From Alphaproteobacteria bacterium UBA1254 (GTDB taxonomy: Bacteria > Pseudomonadota > Alphaproteobacteria > RF32 > CAG-239), in contig DBVW01000021.1 in assembly GCA_002308495.1 (NCBI GenBank), positions 11,338 to 75,337 on the forward strand: a stretch of DNA of 64,000 nucleotides, given 5' to 3'. A model generated the notes under the pieces. The model had not been told where the DNA came from, searched no databases, and saw only the letters and a program-made list of their open reading frames with translations. Shown here one piece after another: positions 29,277-39,126 of the stretch. Position 1 is the stretch's first letter; each line of letters opens with the position of its first letter. Position numbers and translations under genes: made by a program.

Positions 29277-30395
29277 ATGCCTGAAGTAAAAAACAGAACC
29301 CGATTTAACAGAGCGATGCGCTCACTAGGCTCGATTGAAGTTTACTATGCTAGAATCATCTGTAATCTTTCGAATGCAAGCCGTTTAAAAATATACCGCA
29401 AATTAGCCTCTCTGTTGCGTAACCGCTTCTCATTGATGGATGCACTTGATATGCTCCATGACGGATTAACAAACGGTGGCAAAAACAACGGCGAGCCGAT
29501 GGCTATTGCCATGGCAAGCTGGGGACACGCTCTCCAAAACGGTCTTCCGTTTTCCGATGCCTTAAAAGGCTGGGCGCCGGACCGCGAACGCTTAATGCTT
29601 TCCGTCGGTGACGTATCAAACCTTGAAAGCGCTTTATTAAACTTGATTAAAGTTGCCGAAGGTTCTACGAAAATGATTCGTCCGATTGTTTCTGCAATTG
29701 CTTATCCGTCGTTTTTGTTCATGATGTCCGTTTTAATTATTTGGGCAATTGGTGTTTACATGGTTCCGCCGATGCTTGAAGCCGTTCCGGGCTTAAACTG
29801 GGTTGGCACCGGTAAAACCCTTGTAGACCTTTCCGAATGGGTTCAAAAGAACTGGCTTGCTGCCTTTTTAGCCTTTCCGATTGTTGCCTTGATTATTTAT
29901 TCAACAATTAGCATTTGGACAGGTGTTATCCGCACAAAATTTGACAACATACCGCCATGGTCGCTTTATAAAATCTTCGTCGGCATCACATGGCTTTTGG
30001 CCTTGTCGGCACTGGTCAAGGGCGGTGTTCCTGTTTCGGTTGCACTTGCGAGCTTAAAGCGCGATGCCAGCAGATATTTAAAAGAGCGTATTGACGGCAC
30101 TTTAAAATACATCAAAAACGGTGACAACTTAGGTCAGGCCTTAAATAAAGCGGGCTTCCAATTCCCCGACAAAGAAATCATTGCCGACCTCAAGATTTAT
30201 GCCGAACTTGATAACTTTGAAGAAGCCCTTGAAAGCTTGGCGAACAACTGGCTTGAAGAATCTGTTTATATGATTGAGCAAAAAGCCTCTATTTTGAACA
30301 TGGTTGCGATTTTAACCGTTGCGGCAATTATCGCGTGGGCTGTGTTCGGCGTGTTCGACATGCAAGATCAAATCACTTCTGCAATGGGATCATAA
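29277..30395 (+). CDS. GspF-family inner-membrane platform protein (PilR of R64/BfpE-like), 372 aa.
   Basis: Polytopic, two repeated GspF-like halves. Immediately after the ATPase. Confidence 0.75.
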   Translation: MPEVKNRTRFNRAMRSLGSIEVYYARIICNLSNASRLKIYRKLASLLRNRFSLMDALDMLHDGLTNGGKNNGEPMAIAMASWGHALQNGLPFSDALKGWAPDRERLMLSVGDVSNLESALLNLIKVAEGSTKMIRPIVSAIAYPSFLFMMSVLIIWAIGVYMVPPMLEAVPGLNWVGTGKTLVDLSEWVQKNWLAAFLAFPIVALIIYSTISIWTGVIRTKFDNIPPWSLYKIFVGITWLLALSALVKGGVPVSVALASLKRDASRYLKERIDGTLKYIKNGDNLGQALNKAGFQFPDKEIIADLKIYAELDNFEEALESLANNWLEESVYMIEQKASILNMVAILTVAAIIAWAVFGVFDMQDQITSAMGS

Positions 30396-30400
30396 CCATC

Positions 30401-30958
30401 ATGAAAACAACCTTTGGCAACAAGCGCTTTCACCTTTCATCGAATGCTTTTTTAGGCATTGCGTGCGCTGTTGCCATTGGCCTGTTTTTGCTCCTGTTTT
30501 TCCTGCTAAAACCGAGCCAAACAGCAAGCGTTACGGACGAAATTTCAACATTGAGCCGAAATATCCGCACTCATTTTCAAAAAAAGACGGATTATCGCGG
30601 TTTAGATACAAATTTTGCCATAAAAAACAATATGGTACCGCTCGAAAAAATACGCGCAAACAAAGTTTACAGCAAAAACAAATCTGAAATCATTATCGGT
30701 CGTGATATTTCCGGCAATACCGTCATGCCGACCGAAAATCTTTTCGCAATTACTTATCTCAACCTTGATCGAAACAAATGCAAAAAACTGCTGACCTCAA
30801 AACTTGATGCAACCTCTGGCGTTGTTTCGATAACTCTTGAAAATGAAGAGGCATCATACGAGTTCACATACGGCGGAAGCTTACCTCTTCCGGTCAGCTC
30901 CGAAAACGCAAAAAAATTCTGCAAAGCCAAAAACGCCGTTATGTTCACTTTTGAATAG
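30401..30958 (+). CDS. Divergent type IV pilin-like protein (minor pilin or pseudopilin-like), lacking Glu5.
   Basis: N-terminal basic leader plus hydrophobic helix (SSNAFLGIACAVAIGLFLLLFFLL). The C-terminal region parallels the two pilins at 59953-61229 (NIRTHF vs NIRAFY; LFAITYLNLDRNKCKKLL vs AFVITYYDLPTEACIMLA; terminal Cys pair). Occupies the pilS position after the platform gene. The ORFs in the track starting at 30319 and 30335 are upstream extensions. Confidence 0.45.
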   Translation: MKTTFGNKRFHLSSNAFLGIACAVAIGLFLLLFFLLKPSQTASVTDEISTLSRNIRTHFQKKTDYRGLDTNFAIKNNMVPLEKIRANKVYSKNKSEIIIGRDISGNTVMPTENLFAITYLNLDRNKCKKLLTSKLDATSGVVSITLENEEASYEFTYGGSLPLPVSSENAKKFCKAKNAVMFTFE

Positions 30959-30960
30959 TC

Positions 30961-31839
30961 TTAAATCCTGACGTTAAATCTTTTCAAAACATAATCCGTC
31001 ATCACCTGATATACGGTTTTGATTTTCTTTTCATCAACCTCAAACGTTTTCAAAACCTCGCACATCCCCTTAAACAAATCAAGCTTTTGACAATATAAAA
31101 TACTGTAAAGATAATTAATGTCAAAAATCCAGCATATTGTTGAAATAACAATCTCAGCATTCGTTTTCCGCAAGCTGTTCGGGGCAACTTTCCGGTTCTC
31201 GAAGAACGACCACAGTTCGCCATTAATTTGGCTTTGAGCCTGAGAAAAATCATCAAAATGCGGGAACCAAACTTCTTTGACCTCGTCCAATTCATTTCTT
31301 AATAAATTCCAGTTGGCGATTTTATCGGCATCTCTCACGGCAAAACAAATTTTTTCAACATCTTTCTTTGTCTGATTATCAAGTTTTTTGTATTCTTCAT
31401 CTTCATAAAGATTTTCAATCATATGCCCATGATGTTTGATCGGCAGCGTTATCAAAACATCATTAAAATCAACCGTCTGCGCCAAAAATTCGGCTCCTTT
31501 TTCTCCATGGTCGATTTTTTGACCCGTTTCAAACCACCCTCTGATCTCTCGAAACCGAAAAATATCATGAAGCAAAATCGCTGTTTTACAAACATCAACA
31601 AATTCTTTTGACTTGTCTTGAAAATACGCTTCGTGCGCCAAAATCCCGTTTCCCGCCCCCGAAACCTGAAGTGAATGCCTGAATTTCTCGTTCATATACG
31701 CTTCATGAAACAAACTTCCGGCAACAACCTTAAAATTCTCATTAAATTCTTTTTCTAAAAGCTTTTTTGCTTTTTCATACAACGGATAAAACATCTTCAC
31801 CTCTAAAAAAACGATATTCCTTTTTAAAACAAAAACCAT
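30961..31839 (-). CDS. HD-domain phosphohydrolase-like protein (probable start at Met 31794).
   Basis: H...HD...H...D arrangement (ILLHDIFRF, IKHHGHMIE, RDADKI). Confidence 0.45.
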   Translation of the reverse strand: MVFVLKRNIVFLEVKMFYPLYEKAKKLLEKEFNENFKVVAGSLFHEAYMNEKFRHSLQVSGAGNGILAHEAYFQDKSKEFVDVCKTAILLHDIFRFREIRGWFETGQKIDHGEKGAEFLAQTVDFNDVLITLPIKHHGHMIENLYEDEEYKKLDNQTKKDVEKICFAVRDADKIANWNLLRNELDEVKEVWFPHFDDFSQAQSQINGELWSFFENRKVAPNSLRKTNAEIVISTICWIFDINYLYSILYCQKLDLFKGMCEVLKTFEVDEKKIKTVYQVMTDYVLKRFNVRI

Positions 31840-31919
31840 AAAAAAACACCATTAATATGGTGTTTTTAACAAATAGCTGCAAAAAAGCCCTTGTCAGGCG
31901 CCCGTTATACAAGCCTTAT

Positions 31920-32231
31920 TTACTTATGGCTATTGAGCCAGCTTGTCACACTCTCTGCCGACGTAAAGCCGACTTTCATATCAATCTGCTTACCGTCTTT
32001 GAATAAAAACATGCTCGGAATACTTCTGATACCGAACGACGCAGCCGTATTCGGTGCCTCATCAACATTCACTTTGAAAAATTTAACTTCAGGCATCGCT
32101 TCGGAAACACCTTCCAAAATAGGACCGAGCTGACGGCACGGACCGCACCATTCTGCCCAAAAGTCGACCAAAACCAAGCCTTTTGAATCTAAAACTTCTT
32201 TTTGAAAATCACTTTCATTTAATGATAACAT
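31920..32231 (-). CDS. trxA: Thioredoxin.
   Basis: WAEWCGPCRQ active site, 103 aa. Confidence 0.9.
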   Translation of the reverse strand: MLSLNESDFQKEVLDSKGLVLVDFWAEWCGPCRQLGPILEGVSEAMPEVKFFKVNVDEAPNTAASFGIRSIPSMFLFKDGKQIDMKVGFTSAESVTSWLNSHK

Positions 32232-32321
32232 TGCCTTATCCTTTCTAAAAATAACTCTTTGAAGAATATAATCTCTTGAACTGATATTAAAATTAAAACT
32301 TTAGCTAAACAACTTTAAATT

Positions 32322-35300
32322 TTAAATTTTCATCAACTTTAAAGTGTTGGTCCATAAAATATACGTTTCAATTCTTTTGCCCTCATAAACTTTTTCCAAA
32401 AGCTTCCGATAAATTTCCATCTGTTGAACATATTGGTTCGGCACCTCTGCCCGTTCGTCCGCCGCAGGTCTGTTGGTCTTAAAATCGACAATGACAACTC
32501 TGTCGTCAAAAACAATCAATCGATCGATTTGCCCCGAAATAATCTTCCCCTCGACCTCTCCCATCACAGGCACTTCCGCGCGCGAATTTTCACCGAATAT
32601 AAAAGAAAGTTCTTCATTATCCAAAAGTTCTAAAACCTCTCCCGCAATATTTTGCCTGTAATTGTCGCTCAAATCGGATTGCTTTAAAAGATAAGCCTCC
32701 ACAAGCTCACGGCGCACCTGTTTTGAACATTTGCCGGGCAACATCTGCAAAAGCTTATGAATAATCAATCCTCTTTTATAGAAAAACCCGTCATCTTCAA
32801 GCGGAGAAGCCGCCGGCTCGTCATCTTCATCTTCCATATGCGAAGGCGAATATGGTCTGCTCAAAGCATTTTCAACCGGCGCCGGATTAAAAGCAAATGA
32901 ATCATCTTTTTCATAAAAAGGTTCTTCGTTTTCGTTTTCTTTTTTGATTTCGGCTTTTTGTTCTTCTTCATAAGCAAAAACACCGTTTTCTTTTGAAACG
33001 CCCTTGTTTTCCATAGCCTGACAGCAAAGCCCGTACCAGCTTTTATCTTCCTTCTTGGGTTTACCGTAAGAACAGATATAAAGCCTGTCCTCCGCTCTCG
33101 TTAAAGCCACATAAAGCAACCGCCTGTATTCATCATAAGCTTTTTCTTTTTCTTTTTTATAAACATCATCGCAATGAACATCATAATCATCGGCCGAAAG
33201 CGGAAAATAAACCAAATCTCCGTCAAAAATAACGCCTTTCTCCCGCCTTTGATAAGGTTCGCGTATTGTATCGGGCAAAATAACCACAGGCGCCTGCAAA
33301 CCTTTCGAGCCGTGAACCGTCATAATTCGAACGGCATCTTCCGTTATTTGCTCCATCTCACGTTTAACTTCCGTTTGTGCTTCCGAAAGCCAACGCACAA
33401 AATTCTGAAGATTCGGCACATGATCCGCTTCAAAATCAAGCGTCAAATTCATAAATTCATCTAACGCATCGCCGGCCTCAGCCCCAAGCCTTTCCAAAAA
33501 TTTCTTCTTTCCGCCATACACATTCAAAACGCTCGAAAAAAATTCATACGGACGCTTTAAATCTGCCTCTGAGAGCCATTCGCTTAAAATCCTGCTTTCT
33601 TTTTTATATTTACTGCTCGCATTTAACCTCTGCCACAAAGACAAATTTCCTCTTTGGTAACACAGCTCAAACAAATCATCATCATCTAAATTGAAAAGGG
33701 GCGATTTCAAAACTTCGGCCAAACTCAAATCATCATTCGGCAAAAGCAAAAACCAGGCAAGCGAAAGCAAATCCTCAACGGCAATTTGTTCATTAAGTTT
33801 AAGCTTATCCACCCCGCTGACCTCAACATTATTTTGTTTGCAAGCTTTTACAAAAGCGCCCATAAAAGCATTACGGCGTTGCACCAGAACCATAAAATCG
33901 CTATATCTCAGCGGCCGTCCTTTAGAAGCTAAAATCTCTTTACCTTCAACCATTTTCTTAATTTTTCGCGCTATCTTAAAAGCAAGCTTAACATCTGCGC
34001 TTTGGCTCGATTTATGATAAACGGGCACTTGCCACTCTTTGTCCTCATCATCATTTTCATCGGCTTGCACAATCGACCAAACTTCAACCTTGCCCGCTTC
34101 ACCGATTCGATAAGGCAGATGCAAAATTTTTTCATCGCCGACCGCCAAACCCTTATCTGCACCGTCAATGGCAAACAACGTATTCACAAAATCAAGAACG
34201 GCCCCTGTTGATCGAAAAGAAACATCAAGATTAACTGTCTTAAAATTTTTAATCTCGTGCTCATAAAACTTTCTCATCTCATCAAATTTTTCCGGTTCCG
34301 CGCCCTGAAAACGATAAATCGACTGCTTTTTATCACCCACCGCAAAAACCGTCCGCACTTCATCGCTTTGCCCCAGTCCTGAGAAAAACTCATCTGTCAA
34401 AGCTTTAACGATGGCCCATTGATTCGGTGATGTATCTTGTGCCTCATCAATTAAAATATGCGAAATTCCCTCATCAAGCTTAAACAAAACCCATGAAGCC
34501 ACATCGGCACTCTCAAGCAAATTCTTTGTCAGCACAATCAAATCTTCATAATCCATACGTGCGTTTTGCCTTTTATACGCTCCGTATTCATCAATCAGCC
34601 TCTTAGCCAAAACAAAAACAGCTCTCGTTGTCTCATAAAGGCGAACGCTTCTCATCTTTTCAATTGCATTTTTAACCCGCAAAGATTCAATTGTCATCAC
34701 ATCTTCAATATCGGGTTTTTCTTTAACGGCACCCGTGTGCGCAAAACTGTCTTTTGTTAAAAATGCCTGTTTATAAACATCGAAATCAAATTTTTCCAAA
34801 GCACGCGCCAAACAATCACCGTGTTCTTTGTCTTTTTTCGAACCCTTCAAAAGCGCATTCGCACATTGTTTCATCTCATCACGATTAATATTCTTTTCAA
34901 AATCGCATAAAATTTTTTCTTTTGATGGTTCGTCTTCCAAATCTAACTTTATCCGTAATGCCTCAAGAAAATCTTTTGTATGACCGAATGCTGACATCAC
35001 CCGCACAAGCTTGCTTCTTTTTTCGGTCAAATCGGAAAGAAGTTCTTCAAAACCGAATTCTTTCATATTTGCTGTCAGAAAAACAATGGCATTTTTAATT
35101 TCCGGGTCTTCAATTTCCTGCAAAACATGTTTGCTGACTTGAGAAAGCGCCTCGGCGGTTGCTCTTTCATCCATCACTTCAAAATAAGGCGAAACTCTTG
35201 CCTCCAAAGGAAATCTTTTCAAAATTTCCTCGCAAAAACCGTGAATGGTCTGAATTTTAATCGGCACCGGTGCATCTAAAACAAAAGCAAACAAAGTTCG

Positions 35301-35660
35301 GGCAACATCAATTAAATTCTTCTTTTTCTCAACAATCAAATCATCGTCATATAATTCGCAAAGCTCTTTTGTTAAATCCGCGTCCGATTCGACCGCCCAC
35401 TTTGAAAGCCTTTCATAAATACGATTATTCATTTCAACGGCGGCAGCTTTTGTATACGTTAAACATAAAATCTTAGAAGGCTTAACTCCCTCCAAAAGCA
35501 ACTTTAAAACTCTGTCCGAAAGCACTTTTGTCTTACCTGTTCCGGCAGAAGCTTCCACCCAAACGCAAAGTTTCGGATCCGAGGCTTGTCCCTGCTTTGA
35601 TGTCGCGCGTTTGTTGAGTATTTTCTTCTCGGCTTCAATATCTGTTTTGCCACTAATCAT
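32322..35660 (-). CDS. addA: Double-strand break repair helicase AddA (UvrD-like helicase plus C-terminal nuclease).
   Basis: ASAGTGKTKVLSDRV Walker A. UvrD motifs. 1112 aa. Paired with the downstream addB. Confidence 0.85.
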   Translation of the reverse strand: MISGKTDIEAEKKILNKRATSKQGQASDPKLCVWVEASAGTGKTKVLSDRVLKLLLEGVKPSKILCLTYTKAAAVEMNNRIYERLSKWAVESDADLTKELCELYDDDLIVEKKKNLIDVARTLFAFVLDAPVPIKIQTIHGFCEEILKRFPLEARVSPYFEVMDERATAEALSQVSKHVLQEIEDPEIKNAIVFLTANMKEFGFEELLSDLTEKRSKLVRVMSAFGHTKDFLEALRIKLDLEDEPSKEKILCDFEKNINRDEMKQCANALLKGSKKDKEHGDCLARALEKFDFDVYKQAFLTKDSFAHTGAVKEKPDIEDVMTIESLRVKNAIEKMRSVRLYETTRAVFVLAKRLIDEYGAYKRQNARMDYEDLIVLTKNLLESADVASWVLFKLDEGISHILIDEAQDTSPNQWAIVKALTDEFFSGLGQSDEVRTVFAVGDKKQSIYRFQGAEPEKFDEMRKFYEHEIKNFKTVNLDVSFRSTGAVLDFVNTLFAIDGADKGLAVGDEKILHLPYRIGEAGKVEVWSIVQADENDDEDKEWQVPVYHKSSQSADVKLAFKIARKIKKMVEGKEILASKGRPLRYSDFMVLVQRRNAFMGAFVKACKQNNVEVSGVDKLKLNEQIAVEDLLSLAWFLLLPNDDLSLAEVLKSPLFNLDDDDLFELCYQRGNLSLWQRLNASSKYKKESRILSEWLSEADLKRPYEFFSSVLNVYGGKKKFLERLGAEAGDALDEFMNLTLDFEADHVPNLQNFVRWLSEAQTEVKREMEQITEDAVRIMTVHGSKGLQAPVVILPDTIREPYQRREKGVIFDGDLVYFPLSADDYDVHCDDVYKKEKEKAYDEYRRLLYVALTRAEDRLYICSYGKPKKEDKSWYGLCCQAMENKGVSKENGVFAYEEEQKAEIKKENENEEPFYEKDDSFAFNPAPVENALSRPYSPSHMEDEDDEPAASPLEDDGFFYKRGLIIHKLLQMLPGKCSKQVRRELVEAYLLKQSDLSDNYRQNIAGEVLELLDNEELSFIFGENSRAEVPVMGEVEGKIISGQIDRLIVFDDRVVIVDFKTNRPAADERAEVPNQYVQQMEIYRKLLEKVYEGKRIETYILWTNTLKLMKI

Positions 35661-38532
35661 TACCGTCTCCCGAGCCCCATTCTTTCACACGCGCCAAATG
35701 TTCATAGTCCGAAAAATCATCTTTTTTCTTCGGATTCGGACTTGCCAAATAGGGCGTATTCTCATCATCAAAAACTCTTAAAATTTCTGAAATTTGTTCT
35801 TTCGTTTGAACAAGCAAACTTTCAATATCTTTTTCCTCAATTCCGATAACCTTATCTCCCAAGCGCCAATAACTCAAACGGCTTACTTTTTTTCCGCTGT
35901 TTTCGGCAATAAGCGCTTCTAAAGGCAATTGCGGGGCATATCCCGATTTTACCTCTGTTGAACTCGGGCATCTGCCTGTTTTATAATCAATAATTTCATA
36001 AGTCCCGTCTTTTAACTCATCAATTCTGTCGGCACGTGCCGTTAAAGTTACCGAGCCCGCCGGCGCATCAACTTTTATCTCGCCCGAAATCTCACAGGCA
36101 CTTTGCAAAACCTTCTTTCTTTGTTCTTCTTCAATGGCGACAAACCACTCGGCCGTATTCCTAAATCCTGCTTTGAAAAAGGCCTTTTGTTTTGCTTCCA
36201 AATCATATTTTTCAAACTCTTTTTCGCCCATTTCAAGCAAGCATTCGAGAGCTTCTTTTTCATCAGGCTGCCCTTTGTAACGCTGCGTAAACTCCTTCAA
36301 AACATTGTGAACAATCGTTCCGTAATCGCGTCGCGTAATTTTTTCATCTAAATCTTTCAAAGCACGCAATTTCAATATATATTTTGCATAAATATCATAA
36401 GGATTAATCATCAGTTTTGAAATTGAGCTGACGGAAAATCTCCGCGGACGCGCTTCAAGCGGCGGTTTAGGACAAGGCGGCTCACTTTTTTGTTTTTCGT
36501 CTGGCAAAATAATTTTTTGCACAAGCTTCTGATAAAACAAATCTCTGATATTCAAGTCTTTAAAACCGCAAGCTTTCAAAACCGTTTCAAGTCTTAGAAG
36601 ATAGCGCGACGGTCCCATCGGCACGCCCCCTACTCTCTGTGCCCGCGTCAAAAAGACCTCCGGCGAACACATCAACGCACTCAAATCATCGGCCAAAACG
36701 CCGAGTGCTCTCTCAGGCAACGGCAAACCGAAAGCCTTCTTCATTGATCTTGACATGAAAGGATCTGCCGCTGCCGCTTTCGGCCAAACACCCTCATTAA
36801 GCGAACCGACAATCATCACATCAAATCGGTTAAACCGTGCTTCAATCGGGCCCAAAATTTTAAGCCGCGGATGTCCGCCGTAACTTTTTCTGACCGTTTC
36901 GGTCGCCAAAAGCGCATTAAAAACCGCACTATATTCCATCGGATAAATATCGCCGACAACATCTGCCTTATCTAAAAGCCTGCTTAAAAATCCCGCACAA
37001 ACACGCCCGTCATCATGCCGCCACAACAAATCCGCCCCCGATTGTTCGTCTGTTTCAGCCAATGCCTCAGCCGTTTCGATATGTGCTTTTAAAAGCTCTT
37101 TAAACGGAGCCTTCTCTTTTCCGTATAAGGTCCTTATTTTTGAAAACAACCCCTCAAGCCGGTCTGAAATTTCACTGCTTTGTTTCTTAATTTCGGGCGT
37201 TTCTTCAAATATCGGTTTTCTTGCATCAAACTCCGAGGCTCTCACTTTTTTCCTCAACTCTTGAGGCTCAAACCCCAAACGGACATACATATTTTTAACA
37301 AGCGCCGCCACCGAATTTTGAGAAAACCCCTCATTTAAAACCTCTAAAATCTGGCGCAAATAAATTCCGATCGGGCTCAAATGAAGAGGCACGCCCGCCG
37401 AATCATCAATATCAACACCGAAACATTTAAGCATTCCCGAAACTTCGCGTGCCAAATTTCTGTCCGTCGTAACAAGCGCTGCCGTCTTATGTTTCGTCTC
37501 AAGTGTTTCTCTCATCACAAGCGCAATGCTCATGGCTTCTTCAAACTGAGTTTGTGTTTCAATCAAATGAACATGATTAAAAACAGACATCTCTTTTTCT
37601 TCAAAACACAAATCCCGCCATTTTGCCGTTGTTTCGGCAGGGCTCATCATCTCCGAAACAAGCCTTTCTCTTAACTCGTCCTCCGGTCCCACAACATCTT
37701 TAACATCATCTCTTTTTAACTCAAGCAACTCTAAAATTTTCTTTTTTTCATATTGAGCGTGCGAGGGTTCCGTTTTTTCAAAATCTTCCGTGCTTAAAAA
37801 TCTGTCAAGCCCGTAAAGAAAAATCTCTCCGTTTTCAAGCTCAAAAACGGTTTTTAAAATCTTCTTTAATCCGTCAAAAGCAACACTCAGTCCGGCGGCA
37901 ACAATTCTTTTATGCGGCGGATTTCGACGCCATTTTTCGGCCTCTAACGAAAGCAAAATATTGCGCCTGTGCGCACCGTCAATAAGTCCTCTTTCTTTTA
38001 AAATTTCGGGCCAAAATTGTGTAACGATTTTCAAAAACTTCAAAGTTTCCTGCCAGTGCGAAGCATATTGCTCCGGCACAATATTTTCCAAATTATCGAA
38101 ACAAAGCGATTCGTTATAAACGCTGTCAATCAATTTTCCCAAATCATTTGCAAGCGCCAAACTCTGTGCAAAAGAAATATCTTTAATACCGTAAGCCTCA
38201 TGTTTTGAAGCAATCATTTTAGCAAACAAAAACAGACGTTCTTCGTTTGAAATAGCCGCCGGCAGACTTTGCATCAAATCTTCGTCAACATCAAAAAATA
38301 TCTCATCTTCATCAATATCGCCGACCGGCAAAATTTGCGGCAACAAAAAAGGTGTTAACCCGTTTGCGTTCAAAAAAGCTTGTTTTAAAGAAAGACATGA
38401 TCTTCTGTTCGGCATCAAAAAAACCACATCGCACAATCCAAGCGGATTGTCCTTATAATCTTTCAAAAACCGTTCGGCTAAGGTTTTAACAAATGAACAG
38501 CTGAGCGGAACATTATAAACTTTACCCTTCAT
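35653..38532 (-). CDS. addB: Double-strand break repair protein AddB (alphaproteobacterial type).
   Basis: 959 aa. 8-nt overlap with addA. C-terminal PD-(D/E)XK-like region. Confidence 0.75.
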   Translation of the reverse strand: MKGKVYNVPLSCSFVKTLAERFLKDYKDNPLGLCDVVFLMPNRRSCLSLKQAFLNANGLTPFLLPQILPVGDIDEDEIFFDVDEDLMQSLPAAISNEERLFLFAKMIASKHEAYGIKDISFAQSLALANDLGKLIDSVYNESLCFDNLENIVPEQYASHWQETLKFLKIVTQFWPEILKERGLIDGAHRRNILLSLEAEKWRRNPPHKRIVAAGLSVAFDGLKKILKTVFELENGEIFLYGLDRFLSTEDFEKTEPSHAQYEKKKILELLELKRDDVKDVVGPEDELRERLVSEMMSPAETTAKWRDLCFEEKEMSVFNHVHLIETQTQFEEAMSIALVMRETLETKHKTAALVTTDRNLAREVSGMLKCFGVDIDDSAGVPLHLSPIGIYLRQILEVLNEGFSQNSVAALVKNMYVRLGFEPQELRKKVRASEFDARKPIFEETPEIKKQSSEISDRLEGLFSKIRTLYGKEKAPFKELLKAHIETAEALAETDEQSGADLLWRHDDGRVCAGFLSRLLDKADVVGDIYPMEYSAVFNALLATETVRKSYGGHPRLKILGPIEARFNRFDVMIVGSLNEGVWPKAAAADPFMSRSMKKAFGLPLPERALGVLADDLSALMCSPEVFLTRAQRVGGVPMGPSRYLLRLETVLKACGFKDLNIRDLFYQKLVQKIILPDEKQKSEPPCPKPPLEARPRRFSVSSISKLMINPYDIYAKYILKLRALKDLDEKITRRDYGTIVHNVLKEFTQRYKGQPDEKEALECLLEMGEKEFEKYDLEAKQKAFFKAGFRNTAEWFVAIEEEQRKKVLQSACEISGEIKVDAPAGSVTLTARADRIDELKDGTYEIIDYKTGRCPSSTEVKSGYAPQLPLEALIAENSGKKVSRLSYWRLGDKVIGIEEKDIESLLVQTKEQISEILRVFDDENTPYLASPNPKKKDDFSDYEHLARVKEWGSGDGND

Positions 38533-39123
38533 TTAAAAACCCTTGTCTTTTAAAAATGCCGTCAATTTTTGCAAAGCTCTGCCTCTGTGCGAAATCTTGT
38601 TTTTAATCTCGCTTCCGAGTTCCGCAAAAGTCTTTTCATATCCGTCCGGTATAAAAACGGGGTCAAAACCGAAGCCGCCCTCACCGGCACGTTCTTTACC
38701 GATTATTCCGTCAACTCTTCCCTCAAAAGCCTGATACGAACCGTCAGGATATCCCAAAACAAGCACACACGAAAAATGCGCTTTTCGATTCGAACTTCCG
38801 CTTTCTTCAATTTCTTTCAAAAGCTTTTCCATTGCCTTCTCAAAATCTCTGTTCGGCGCATAACGTGCCGAATAAACGCCCGGCCTGCCCCCCAAAGCAT
38901 CAACGCAAAGCCCGGAATCATCAGCCAAACAAACCGTATTTTTAAGTTTTGCAATTGTTAAAGCTTTCAACGCCGCATTTTCTTCAAAAGTAGAACCCGT
39001 TTCTTCAACATCAGGCAATTCCATCTCATCGGCGCTCAAAACTTTAATTTGAAACGGCGCTAATATTTGACGTATTTCGGCAATTTTTCCCTTGTTATGA
39101 CTTGCAAAAATAATTTCTTTCAT
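38533..39123 (-). CDS. rdgB: Non-canonical purine NTP pyrophosphatase RdgB/Ham1.
   Basis: IIFASHNKGKIAEIRQIL N-terminus, 196 aa, Ham1 family. Confidence 0.85.
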   Translation of the reverse strand: MKEIIFASHNKGKIAEIRQILAPFQIKVLSADEMELPDVEETGSTFEENAALKALTIAKLKNTVCLADDSGLCVDALGGRPGVYSARYAPNRDFEKAMEKLLKEIEESGSSNRKAHFSCVLVLGYPDGSYQAFEGRVDGIIGKERAGEGGFGFDPVFIPDGYEKTFAELGSEIKNKISHRGRALQKLTAFLKDKGF

Positions 39124-39126
39124 TTT

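Noticed and set aside
30319..30687. ORFs starting at 30319 and 30335 that extend the pilin-like gene upstream into the 3' end of the platform gene.
   Set aside because: The extensions overlap the platform CDS. The Met at 30401 follows the platform stop and begins the leader-plus-hydrophobic helix, making it the plausible start.
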